The notes beneath the pieces are model-generated. The model was not told the origin of the DNA and did not search any database. It saw only the letters and a program-made list of their open reading frames with translations. A stretch of 64,000 bases of DNA from Azolla caroliniana (Eukaryota > Plantae > Polypodiophyta), in assembly GCA_043228905.1 (NCBI GenBank), contig JBHGNT010000005.1, forward strand, positions 1,178,001 to 1,242,000. The letters are read 5' to 3'. Of this stretch, positions 52,158-64,000 are shown piece after piece. The translations under genes and the position numbers were made by a program. Positions within the stretch are counted from its first letter, which is position 1. Every line of letters starts with the position of its first letter.

Positions 52158-55100
52158 TTGATATGAAGGGGTATTTGAACCTTAAGAATGTACTCAATCA
52201 CCTTTCCCATGGAAATGATGTCTACATAATATTGAATTTTGAATTTTCTCTCATTCTTTCCATGAACTAAGTGAGATAGTGCCCACTGCCACCACACCAC
52301 ACTTCCATTTCATAAACCAACACTTGAACTGCCATAGCATTCAATAACATCAATGTCACTTCTTATCCTTGTGTGTCACTTTGGTTACATTAATTCTCAA
52401 ACATATAATAACTTTTCCAAGCCCCTTCAAGTCTAGATTCCGAGTATCAATCTGTGATAAACTCACAAACTTGTTAAGTGCAAAATATGCAAAGTTAATT
52501 GATTCTCATCACATGTGCCCTAATGTATTTTTACATTTCTAAGGGAATGTGAACTAGGCCATATATAAGCAATGGACTGAGAGAAGAGAGTTTAGAAGGA
52601 ATTTGTTTATCCCTTACATTCTGAAATACATCTAGTAATGTACATTATGAGATTTGAACCCACTTACTTGGCTTATCACTAACTAGGTTACAAGGGAAGG
52701 CTGAAAAAGCAAACTTTCAAAATGTCCTATACATCTTCAAATTTGTAATACCTTGAGTTTAGCCTTCAAGAGCTCAAGAAAAGGATTTCACTTCAAGCTC
52801 GCTCAAAATGCACATTTAGATTATCAAATTGTTTTCGTCAATTTGATCAGAACATGTGGATAATTCATTACTGGCTAGGATTTGAACATATGGTGGCATC
52901 TAGAGAGAGAAGGGAGATTGGAAGCTCCAAGTCTTATCTTGAGATGACCTCTGAGTTGTTTTGGCTTTTTACCCACTTTAATGTTATGTCACATAAAGTG
53001 TAAACCATGATAGAGAGAGATAGAGGGGGGAAATGCTTTTGTAAAATCCAAGGCCCAAAAAGCGACAATAGATTCGTGTTGCTTGTACATAAGATCATAT
53101 GGAGTTTCTTGTAGTATATTTGCCTCATTGTTGATGGGTTTGGTAAAGTCCACATGGCATTATTAGTTGTAGAAAAAACAACTAGGACAACATTAATCAT
53201 CAACCATTCTAAAACCATGGACCTTCAAAAACATTTTTAGTATGCATTTTTGCCAAAAAGGAAAACAATGTTAATTGGGGCTCATTCTCCATGTCTTCTT
53301 ATTCATTGAGTTTTTTACACGGTGAATGTCATTCCAATGCTTCAATTATCCTTTTTTAATTTAGTCTTCCATATACCAATTTGGTAGTTATCACCTTCAT
53401 TTGCATTCAACTTGACAATGAACAATGTTGAGAACAACTTTCTGACTCAAGGAAACTCACCAATGCTTTCTTATTATTGCAACGTTGCTTTGAGAATCTT
53501 GATTCATGTAGCCTTGGAGGCACGACAATCACGTTCAAGTCATTTATTCAAGAGAGTTAGCAAAATAATCCACTGAAAAGTTTTTTCTAAGAGTTTGCAA
53601 AACGATATACTTTCCACTCATAAAGTTATTCACAAGCTAATGACAATAATATTTTTTATACCTCAATTACGACATAACACTGAAATTTGGGTTCTCAAGT
53701 ATCCACTTTTCTTATTCAAATTAATCATCACTTTCCATACTCGCGCATTATGTATGCCTATTATGTAGCCCAAAGACTACATATGACATTGTGATATCTA
53801 GAAAATCCTACAATTTTTTTTTGAATTCTCTACCTCAAGCTCAAAGGTAACCACATTACCAAATTACATTTGGTGGTCAATTCATAAACCTTAAGATGAA
53901 AGAAAGGACTATAGTCACTCAACTTGATGTAAAATTAGTAGCCCTTAATATATGTGTTGCATTTCTTTATTTTCAAATATCACTAGGGAATTACATTGAT
54001 TTTTGTTGTTCCTCAAAGGTATATATATAGTTTCTTTGTTTGAACTATAACTTGAGATATTAACAATCAAGTATTACTAGGACCAAAGATATGTTAGGAA
54101 TATCTTGCACAACCCCATTAGAGTCTAATTCAATGAGGCCACAAAACTATGATTCATCTAACTTTTTAGCTCTCACGAGGACAACTTTCAATAACCCTTT
54201 GACTTTTGAAATATATATTGTATTAAATGTTTCCATTGAATTTTCTAGACTTGCTTCCTTTCACCCAACAATGGAATTACATGAACGAATTAACAATTTA
54301 ATAATCATCGAATATATCTAAAACTATTACAAAATTTTATCGAAGCCTTGTCTACAACAACTCACATGGCAACATTGTTGCATTCGATGAAATCTAGTAA
54401 AGTCTTGCATATTGTGAGATTTGAACCTGAGAGCATGGCTATTAGTAGTGTAACAACTTAATTTCAAATATCAAAGAGAGACGATGATTACATATCTCAT
54501 ACATACCCTTAATAGTGCATCAAGATAAATGACGTACATTTGCTTAAAAAGGAGTTCTTGACATTGGTTTCTCTAATCTTGATGTTGAACTATTGTTGAA
54601 TAATGCAAGAAAACAAGAAAAGAGCAGCAACCTATAATTTGTTAATCTAGTTGTCTTCTAAAATTATATATACAAGTTTACCACACAACCTATATCTAGG
54701 ATTCTAGACATCAACTTCCTCGATTTGCATGACCATGATAGCCAATGTCACTTTTACGAGTTCCAACAATAATGGTTAAGGCTACAAACTATGTGAGCGC
54801 TACTATGAATCATAATCAATTCCTCATGTAAGTTAGATCTAATTAACTGTACAAAACATCGTCCTATTTAAAGAACATGAGTGAAATTTCAATAGAAATT
54901 TAGTTAGATTGCCAAGTGGGCGAGTAATAAACATTTGGGCCTAGGCATTGACCCAAACTTTTAAAAACTTTCTTTTGAGATTTCATTATGGATGAGGTGC
55001 CTTTAAAACTATTGCTTCCTTGTCTAGGACAATGCTTCAAACTTGTGTCTCATTTCTTTTATATTATCCTTTTGTCATTATCAATATCCTTCAAAAGACA

Positions 55101-55676
55101 TATTATATTAAACACATTATCTCTCACTCTAGAGAAGAAGCCTTCTTATGTTCGTTTTGAAGATAAAGTGTGAGTACATTGCAAAACATTGTTATAATCC
55201 TTAGACATGGGAACTGATGGAAGGCATGATAGTTTGCATAAGTGATAACAATAATGCATTGTCCAAAACTATAGCAAATTTATTACACTAAATGAAGGCT
55301 ATGTAGTATGAATATATCAACATCATTTAGGTGTTTTTTAATTGATAAAAAAGACATTATGTGCTAAAGCACAATGTTAAAGTGATCCCTGTACACAAAC
55401 TATTGCTCCTAATAATCGCCATTTTGGATCATGCAATAGTATTTTATTCCTTAAAAACAACATTATGACATTAAAATCAAGACATGTTCCACAATAGTAA
55501 GACTCATGATAACATCTCCTTTTTAATGGGGAACTCTAATTTATTTCTGGAATGATGAGTACCACGAATCCTATGCGTGTCCCCAAAGAATGCACATCCT
55601 AAATCTTATGTAATTGGAATTAAAAAACATAGAAGTTTTTTACATAAGCTTAAGCCTTAAACTAGACGGATACATA

Positions 55677-56440
55677 ATGGACAAGGATTTGTAATAGTTT
55701 AATTTCAACCTATAGATTTTAAGAAGTAAATCACGTGATCATGGACAAGGATTTGTAATAGTTTAATTTCAACCTATAGATTTTAAGAAGTAAGTTCTCT
55801 ATTCTTAAGAGTGAACATGGTGTGGGGATCGAAGCAAATGGTGCAAGGTGTGGAGGAAATAGTTCATCTTGTTTACAGGGAGATTTTTACAAGTATATTT
55901 CAATTTTCGTGGTCGTCTTGATTTGGGAGATGATACATGGGGGCCTATCCATGGCAGCCCATCACGTTTTACCCAAGCGTCAGGTGCATCATGGACTATT
56001 TTGGTGTCTTCAACTATTGTGTACAAAACATTTGTCAAATAGCATCACCCTAGTGGACAGTCAGGTGATGGTGAACAACTCCAGTATTGGCAAAATCAAA
56101 GGCATATATGGAGTTTTTAGTCTACTAGCCAGGGTGGACAGCCGGGATATGTTGACTAGGATTACCACCAAGATATGTAAAGAAATGTATTCTCTTGGAC
56201 CACAGGAATTTGTTTATAGGTTGAGAATGGATCTTGTTGGCAAAGGCTGAGAGAGTTTTAATGGACATAATTAGCTTTATCTTGCCAAACGCCATCGGTT
56301 ATATTTGCTCTTTTTATAGACACTTGTGGAGTAGGAACTATTATGTACAAATTGTATATTGCCTTTGGCATTGTTAATTTTAATACCAATGGAGTATAGT
56401 TTTTGTGGAGAAAAGAAGAAGAAGTAAATCACGTGATCAC
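55677..56440 (+). mobile_element. 64-bp tandem duplication whose second unit carries a 625-bp L1-like 3' fragment
   Basis: ATGGACAAGG...AAGAAGTAAATCACGTGATC starts at 55677. The second unit starts at 55741, breaks at 55793 and resumes at 56419. TSD AAGAAGTAA; the insert ends in an A/AAG-rich tail. Confidence 0.75.
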
Positions 56441-57832
56441 ACTTAACTAGAATGTAGGAATCGTGCTCCTTAGATGACGCAACTTGACATTAAATGTGGT
56501 TAATTAAGATCCTCTACATGAAACTCATTGCAAATAAATCATTAGCCTTTATAGTTGGATCTAGAATGCACCTCATCTATATATCATTGGTGAATATTTA
56601 ACAATGATATCAATTTCAATACTAGATTTCATAAGGAAACGCCAATGTTGATGATTTCGTGTCATTAGTTGATTGGTCATGAGGGAACTCCACATGAGGT
56701 GTCATTCCACGTTTTTCATAAGGAAAACAACTCAAGACTATCTCCTCAGTAAAGATTTGATCGCGTGAGGTCCAGGGAGAACATTGGATGGCTTCATATG
56801 ATGATCATAAATACAAGAGAAGAGATCATTGTAGACAAGCAATCATTTAATTAGCTTGATAAGAACATATAGGGATGGGGTGATGAATGTTCTGAGGCTA
56901 GGAAACTTTGAGCTGGATGGCACAAGGTCATTAAGTCATCCCTATAATGTTCGTGTTTGGAGTTACTGTAGATGCAATAGAAATAATATCTTTAAGGTGG
57001 AAAGGAATCCTAAGTAACTACACATTTGTTGAAGTCCATCGAAAGAGGTCAGTGGGTCAAGAAGATTGGATTGGATCATGAAGGAAGTAAAAGGCGTTCG
57101 AAGGTGAAAGTTGAAACACACATCATGTGCTTATGAAAAAGGGGTCACGATTGGATATAGAAAAAGATGAGCTTCGATTAACTCTAAAATTAGATTAATA
57201 AAAAGAAAAGGTTGTCTTTAAGGAGGAGCAAGAGCATAGTATATAGGGGGCGTGGCAAATAGAAATTTGGGGGGGGGGGGGGGGGGGGGGGTATAAAGGG
57301 AAAAGTTGTGAGATGTGGAAGAGGGAACCCGAATAAGACGACTAGGGCCCAGGCTGAATGATGGATGATGTTGTTGATGATAAGGCTGTCGGGAAAGCAC
57401 TAGTTCCAGTAGTAGTTGACAATGACAAGCCTATGTGTGTGTGGGTGTGCGTGTATAAATAAAAATAAAGTGAGTGAGAGTGCACCGTGATGTTAGAGTG
57501 GTGGTGGTGTAAATAGAAAATGAGATGTGTGACATGAATTACTCAATAGAAGGTAACCTCTTTTTCTTTTGAGAGAGAGAGAGTGTGTGTGTGTGTGTGT
57601 GTGTGTTTTACATGATTTATTTTTTGATGAAAACCTAAACTTTAGTTTTTTTGAGGGGGGGGGGGGGGGGGAGATGAAGAGTCATTGAAAGTGCAAAAAA
57701 GGAAAAAAGGAAAAAGAACAAAAAAGAGTACCTTTTTTTTTTTTGAGGGTTGCTTTGGGTCCTTTTTCTGCGCGCGCGCGAAAGGTGCAAAATAAAAGAA
57801 AAATGATAATAATAAAAAATAAAAGAGGAAGC

Positions 57833-57897
57833 TGACGTGGCCACACGGCTGTCCAGCTGGTGGGGAGGGTGGGGGGACAAAGCCAGTCCACGTGGCC
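57833..57897. promoter_or_regulatory. Paired ACGT elements (TGACGTGGC and G-box CACGTGGC) upstream of the SPL gene
   Basis: TGACGTGGC at 57833-57841 and CACGTG at 57889-57894, in a GC-rich patch ~300 bp upstream of the ATG. Confidence 0.45.
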
Positions 57898-58117
57898 AGA
57901 GCAGAGCAGAGCAGGCCCCTGCCCACCATTACATTATGATGGGATCCAATACATACAGAAGCCACGCAGGGTCGCCTGCTGACTCAGCCTCCTCCTCCTC
58001 CTCCTCCTCCTATAGTCTTTTTGCTTTTATAAAGCCTAAAAGAAAACAACTCCATGAAGAAGAAGAAGAAGAAGTGTGTGTGTGTGTGTGTGTGTTCCCA
58101 CACTTACACTGTTTCTT

Positions 58118-58159
<42 letters not shown>

Positions 58160-58165
58160 GCTTCC

Positions 58166-61100
58166 ATGGACCATCCTTGGCAACACAAACCTAATTCATC
58201 CCCATTCAATTACCATCACGACCATCCATTTCTAAGTCATCCTCCGAACCCTCTCTTCGATACCCATCCACCATCGCCACAACCATTGCCGAAGAAGATG
58301 GAGAAGACGTTAGACAAGATTATCAACACTAATGGTGATGACCATACACACCTCGCGGAGCTGCTTAATGCTCTACCCATGGAAGAATGCCTAAAAGAAG
58401 AAGAGGGGGAGGATGGGGAGGATGAGGATGAGGAAGAAGAAGAGGAATTTGTAAGCAACATAAAAAATGGTCATAGTAGTATAGATGGCGGTGGTGTTCC
58501 TAATGATAACGATAATGATAATGTAAGTGTCATAATTAATGCAAACGTGAGGTCTAAGAGGAAAAAGCGTCTTGCAAGTGTGAACTCATCCACCGGAACC
58601 AATACTTGGACCAAGGCACATATCAATACCACTACTCATAGTAGTGTTGTTGGTAATACGTTGGTTTGCCAGATTGAAGGATGTATGAATGGTGATCTTA
58701 GGAAGGCGAAGAAAGACTATCATCGACGCCACAAGGTTTGCGAGATGCACTCAAAGGCCCCCTTGGTCATTAAAGCTGGTGTTGCCCAACGTTTTTGTCA
58801 ACAATGTAGTAGGTATATACACATACATATAACCAATTCATCTTCAATCACCTTTCAATGAAGTTCCTCTCCTTATTGCATCTTATTAGGGTTAATTTTT
58901 ATTAATTATAATTGTAATGAGCTCCTCTTTGTTTATCATTTTGTTAATGTTGCTGACCTCTCTTCTCTAACGTAGACCTTCTATAATGTGCACTTATTTG
59001 AAATGATCTTATACAACCTCTCATTTTATAATGACATGGAACTTCAACTTAGCTTGTGTTATCAATTCTCAAGACTTAAAGCCTAAGGTCACTCCACTAT
59101 GGGTACCTTGAGCTTTGGTAAATGAAGATTTGAAACCATAGCCTCATATGAGTTCTAAATTCATAATTTTTAAGGTTCTTCTTGACTCTACACTAAACTT
59201 TGAACTTGAGATGAGTAAGGATGTTTTACAATGGAATATCATGAGATCTATGTGTGTATGTGTATGGACAGATGGACGTATGGTTATCATGCTAAATCTT
59301 TTCATAAACTCCATTTGCATCAACATTGGATTCTCATGACAACCTTTTCTTGTATGTGCCATATAGGTTTCATGTTCTAAGTGAGTTCGATGATGCCAAG
59401 AGAAGTTGTAGGAGACGTTTGGAAGGACACAACCGACGACGTAGGAAGCCGACTTACTCCCCAACTTTTATTGCCTCAGCTGCCTCTCTACTCCAACTAG
59501 GTATGGTGTTCATTTAAATGATATAATTTAATAACAAGGCAAAAGCCTTATAATTATAAGTACCCTTCCATTTCTTCTATATTGTTGCACACCTTCATGT
59601 CTTTAGCATGAGGGAATGGACAATTATATTGTATGATACAATGAGAATACACTAGGCTTATTTTCGTTCGATAGTACATAGAATAAGTATAAATGTCATC
59701 ATATGCCTATATATGCTTCCTGCACATTCATTAGATATTGAAGGAGTTGTTGGGACATGTGAGAGTTGTTTAGGGATAAAATTCTACACATTTTTAGAAG
59801 GACTTATATTGTTCTCAACCAATTACAAAGTGATGGAAATTATAAGAAATTTAAGAAGATATATAAGAATTAGGTCTTTTTCATGGATGTAAAAGAGAGC
59901 AAGATTGCTTATAGGATTCCTTGTTTGAATAGTTGATATGTCTAATCCACTCAACCTTATATTTGGATTGGTCCATTATGGTGATGAGGCACACAAGACT
60001 ACTAAAGTTTTACTCTTCTTGCTTCTAAATTGTGGCTATGTACTAACATGGCCACGTATGTGTTCATGTTCACAACACTTGGCAAACTACATAGTTATTG
60101 ACAAGACCAGATGGTATAAACAAGTTCACCTTATAATCTCATTTTCCCCCAACTTCAGCTCTATTGTGATATGGATATTATTCATTTCTTGGCATATAGT
60201 TTGTGTGATAGTACCTATAATCATATGTTCCCTTCCCTATCTAAGATACATTATGAATATGTTGACACCACACAATAATACATGGACCCATAGAAGTTGA
60301 AAAGACACATTGTATGTAATTGGAGACTTTAATAATTTCTTCTCCACTCTATTAAATGAATATAATGATTTTTAACGTCAATGGACTTCATATGTCCCAT
60401 CTATTTTCAACTAGGCTGAGTAACACAAAACTATCTGTATTTTGATTAATTGTTTAATAATTACGACATGGAGATATAGTGACCCATTTTAGGTAGACTG
60501 TAGAACACTAGTGTGTGTTTCAATGTCCCTTACATGGCATAATAGTTTCTTTAATGACATCCTTTTGAATGTTATACATAGATGCCACTACTAATATAGT
60601 AGTCAAAATTATATGCCTTTATTAATTCATTACTAGCCTTCGATGTGAAGTGTTATTGTCAAGAAGTACATGGAGATCTATACACGAAATGATCCAAAAT
60701 TTAAATCTTTGTTATTACTAGGTTAGACTCTAGAGCGACATGATATGATGTAAGTCATTAAAATAACTTCGCTCCCTTTGCCAGCAATTTAATTTAATTT
60801 TACTCTAGGTTGAATAGAAATGCATCCATTTCTTAATCCGTTTGTTTATTCTTGTATTGTAGGTTATCATGATAAAATTCAACAATTATTGATACAACAT
60901 CATGGTCATCAATTTTCAACACCAACAAGAGCTACTAACATGCAACAACTCCAAGGCCTAGGTAATGCAACACCTTTAACTATGATTGCATCAAATCCAC
61001 TTCACTATGTCAGTGACATCGGCAACAAGGTTTATACGATTGTGAACCATGATGGTTTATCATCTTCACCGTCATTACTTCACTTGCAACATGAGCATCA

Positions 61101-61515
61101 TGCACCTATGCCTACCTATGGTGCTAATAATATTGACAATATTATACAAGGCAAAGGGGCATTCCCTACTGCAAGTGGTGATGTATGTGCACCATCATGT
61201 GCTCTCTCTCTTCTGTCATCACACCCTCTACATTTGTCTACCAACCATCAATACATAACCTCTACAAATGAAGGTAGTGTGACTACTCTACAAGATGTAA
61301 TTAAGATTCCGAATCTTAACCATATAACATATCATCAAGATAATCACATCAACTCAATTCATAATGTTGGAGGATTACTTGACCCTAATAATGGACCCAC
61401 TCTCACTATGTCCTCAATGTCACATATGAGGAAAGCTAAACCATTTTTTATGGCGACTACCAATGAAGGTCATTATGACTCTGAAATGGCGAGACTTGGA
61501 TATTCATGGTCGTAG
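58166..61515 (+). CDS. SPL: SQUAMOSA promoter-binding-like (SBP-box) transcription factor, 477 aa
   Basis: Exons 58166-58812, 59367-59500 and 60863-61515 are in frame (1434 nt). SBP domain CQIEGC...[13 protein letters not shown]...RFCQQCSR|[27 protein letters not shown] has the canonical intron position. ALSLLS motif in the last exon. Confidence 0.96.
61199..61218 (+). promoter_or_regulatory. miR156/157 target site
   Basis: GTGCTCTCTCTCTTCTGTCA, the canonical SPL miR156 response element, encoding ALSLLS. Confidence 0.95.
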
Positions 61516-62024
61516 CGAACCACATCATGAGAATAATACATGAAAGTGTGTAGAATTCTATTGTTGTTGATAATTCCATAAACTAATGCAAGTAATAATA
61601 TTCTCATGACCCACTGAATACTTCACGTCAAATGTGTCACTCTCACTAATTTCAAGATGAACAACTTTTCAAATTTTTTTCAGAGGCATTTACACCTTGA
61701 TTAGAAGTTTTGAACATGATTTGATCTTTTTTTTAACATTACAAGAGGTGACAAACTTTCTTCATGTGGGTTTTGGATATTCAATAGATTTAAGGTCCAA
61801 TGTTGGGCTAAGGAAAGGAAAGCGTAAAATATAATGGATATACATACATATTTCCTTTCTCTAGATGTGACACATCACCATCTCAAAAGAAGCAATATGT
61901 CATGCATGGTCCCAATATATAGTGTGCAACAACCATTCCTGATGTTTAAGTGCAGGCAAAATAATGGTATAAACTTGCATCGAAAGTCGTGTAACAAAAC
62001 ATAAGTATAAGTTGACTAATATAA

Positions 62025-62335
62025 TATATTTTATTTTTTTTCAAAATGAAGCCACTTTCCCATTAGTTAGGTAAGATTATTACAAAGAGACTGTACAAGG
62101 AGGCTTAAGCATAGATCGGGGAATCCCCCTCCGATCAAGTTCTAGAAATTGAGACTAGTTACATCGCCTTTCGGACGGACTACTTAGTGTAAGTACCTAC
62201 AATTAAAACAGTGCCCTGTAGTGATGGCTAGTACAAGACAACTCTTGGGGTCAACAACAGAGGGAGGGTGGTAAGTGAGCCGGAAACAGCCAGCGTGGGG
62301 GCTGGTAGTTCCACCTCGGGCTACTTCCTCCTTGT
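62025..62335 (-). mobile_element. Short L1-like 3' fragment related to the element at 50.8 kb
   Basis: Shares the 3' UTR motif CTAACTAATGGGAA just before an A-rich tail (on the + strand, a T-run then TTCCCATTAGTTAG). The body is GC-richer than its flanks. Confidence 0.5.
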
Positions 62336-62499
62336 GTCACAATATCATGCATTTGCATAAGTGGTATATCAATGCTAGTATTTATACATATTCAAACGTT
62401 TTATGGTTTTTATAAGTTGCATTAATTCCTTCTAATACCTTTACATTTCAAAAATAAATTTGTCCATTTTTTAAGTTAAACACGCTACTTCTAGTTTGC

Positions 62500-63700
62500 A
62501 CTTGAAATTAGTCAACTTTAGGCACATTGTTCAACCTTATTATCATACTTACGAATCTATGGCCCAAGTTGACAATCTTAATAAGAAATGTTGCTTTTTA
62601 GGAGCAAAATCATCAATTTTAAATTTATATGAATATGTTACCTCAGGTTGTTCATAGTTCCAATTCAAATAAGTAGGTGTCGTGACTCATGAACATAATT
62701 GGGAAAACTAATATACCATCCAATTTTATGTTTCATATTGTAGTTCGTGATGTCTAATTTTATCTAGATTTTGGTAGACTTATGGATATGGATCCATCTC
62801 GGTGAGAGACAACATACACAAAGGGACATTGGAAAAGTTGATGTGAGGATGGGTGGAGTCGAAGTAGAGAAATCATATTAGTACAACTACACAAGGCAAG
62901 AAGGAGCCTATGCACAACCCACAAGGTTGAAGCAAGAAATGAGAGGGAGCCATGCATATAAGGTGAGAGTAAAAGGATGGATGATAAAACAATGGCTATA
63001 CATGGCATATGTATAATGCATTATCTACGCATGTGGATGGTTTGGTCCACATAAAAAATCTGAAACTCGTGGAAATTGTATTCCCATCCATTTTCATCAT
63101 ATAATAGAGCCTTCATTTTCATAACGCCTTTCTCTATCTCCACAATTGCAAGATATATATGCATCTCTTTGAGGGGTATTTCCTAATTTAAATCATCCAT
63201 GAACGTTCTACATGTGTGTCATAGACATTTTTAATTTTTTTTCTATAAACTTAGTGTTCACAAAACTAAAACTCATTGTGCCACATCTCAATCATCGAGT
63301 ACTCAATTACTAGTAACATATGTTCCTATTAACTAGAAACATAGAGTAGATAGAATGAGGTATAGTAGTTACCTCCTGCAAAATAAGGTTTCCATTCAAG
63401 ATTTTGAAGGTCTGCTTGTCAAACACGACATCATAACTAATCTCACTCCATTGGCACATCAACTTCCTCCAAAATGAGTTGCTTTCATCGACCAAATTTA
63501 GAGTGATAAATTAGATGTCCAAAACCATGCAATTGACCCAAGTGAAAGGTTCCTAGTTCGTGGGCTTGATATGATATGAAGTGAAATGATGTGCCCAAAT
63601 CAAACAACCAAGTGTGTGATAGGATTATGATTCCTTGTGAACCATTTTCACACAATTGGATGTTGTTCATTATGAATGTTAACCATTTCCATACACTTGG
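62500..63700 (-). mobile_element. Decayed Ty1/copia pol remnant
   Basis: HTWLFDLGTSFHF resembles the copia protease motif WxLDSGASFH and is followed by YDVVFDKQTFKILNGNLIL. Heavily frameshifted; boundaries approximate. Confidence 0.55.
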
Positions 63701-64000
63701 AAGTTGGTGGAAAAGGAAGGAATAATTGTAGCACTATTGAATGAAACAAATGGATAAACAAACTTGTGGTAGAATGTGAAAAGGCCCAAGGGCATTATTC
63801 TAAAAGCTAGAAAATACACCTTTATAGGTCCATAATGGTTTTTCTTCTTAACATTTAGTGAGGCTTAAGCCTATCTTAAATCTTAAATTTCTTCTTAGTT
63901 ATAACCCCAATTATTTAATTTAAGGCTTAAGTCTTAAACTCACGTTTTGGGCATTGGTTGTAGCTTTTGAAGAGCATTCTTTGTCTCGCGATCGAGTGCT

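Overview
AT-rich nuclear DNA of a land plant, with spliceosomal introns, microsatellites and many decayed retroelements. A fern or other seed-free plant is likely, because a plastid-derived insert carries unedited C-to-U codons. Seven intron-containing genes can be reconstructed with consistent exon phases: the 3' part of a MEKK-type MAPKKK (+), two near-identical class III peroxidases in head-to-head orientation, a Ycf49-like (DUF2499) gene between them, NUP43 (-), a CLC anion transporter (+) with a 6.5 kb intron, and a miR156-targeted SPL gene (+). The non-genic DNA holds several LINEs (some with clear target-site duplications), a hAT-type MITE, a copia remnant and local tandem duplications. 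The most unusual items are: (1) a roughly 205 bp tRNA-derived element with two convergent tRNA-like (A-box/B-box) halves, including a copy deleted between its two B-boxes; (2) a mosaic plastid insert (atpB + ndhA + 16S rRNA) that preserves pre-editing codons; (3) a LINE whose RT core is replaced by an inverted copy of its own 3' end; (4) a possible PIG-Y-like small ORF just downstream of NUP43. All family assignments are from motifs recognised by eye; no database searches were run.
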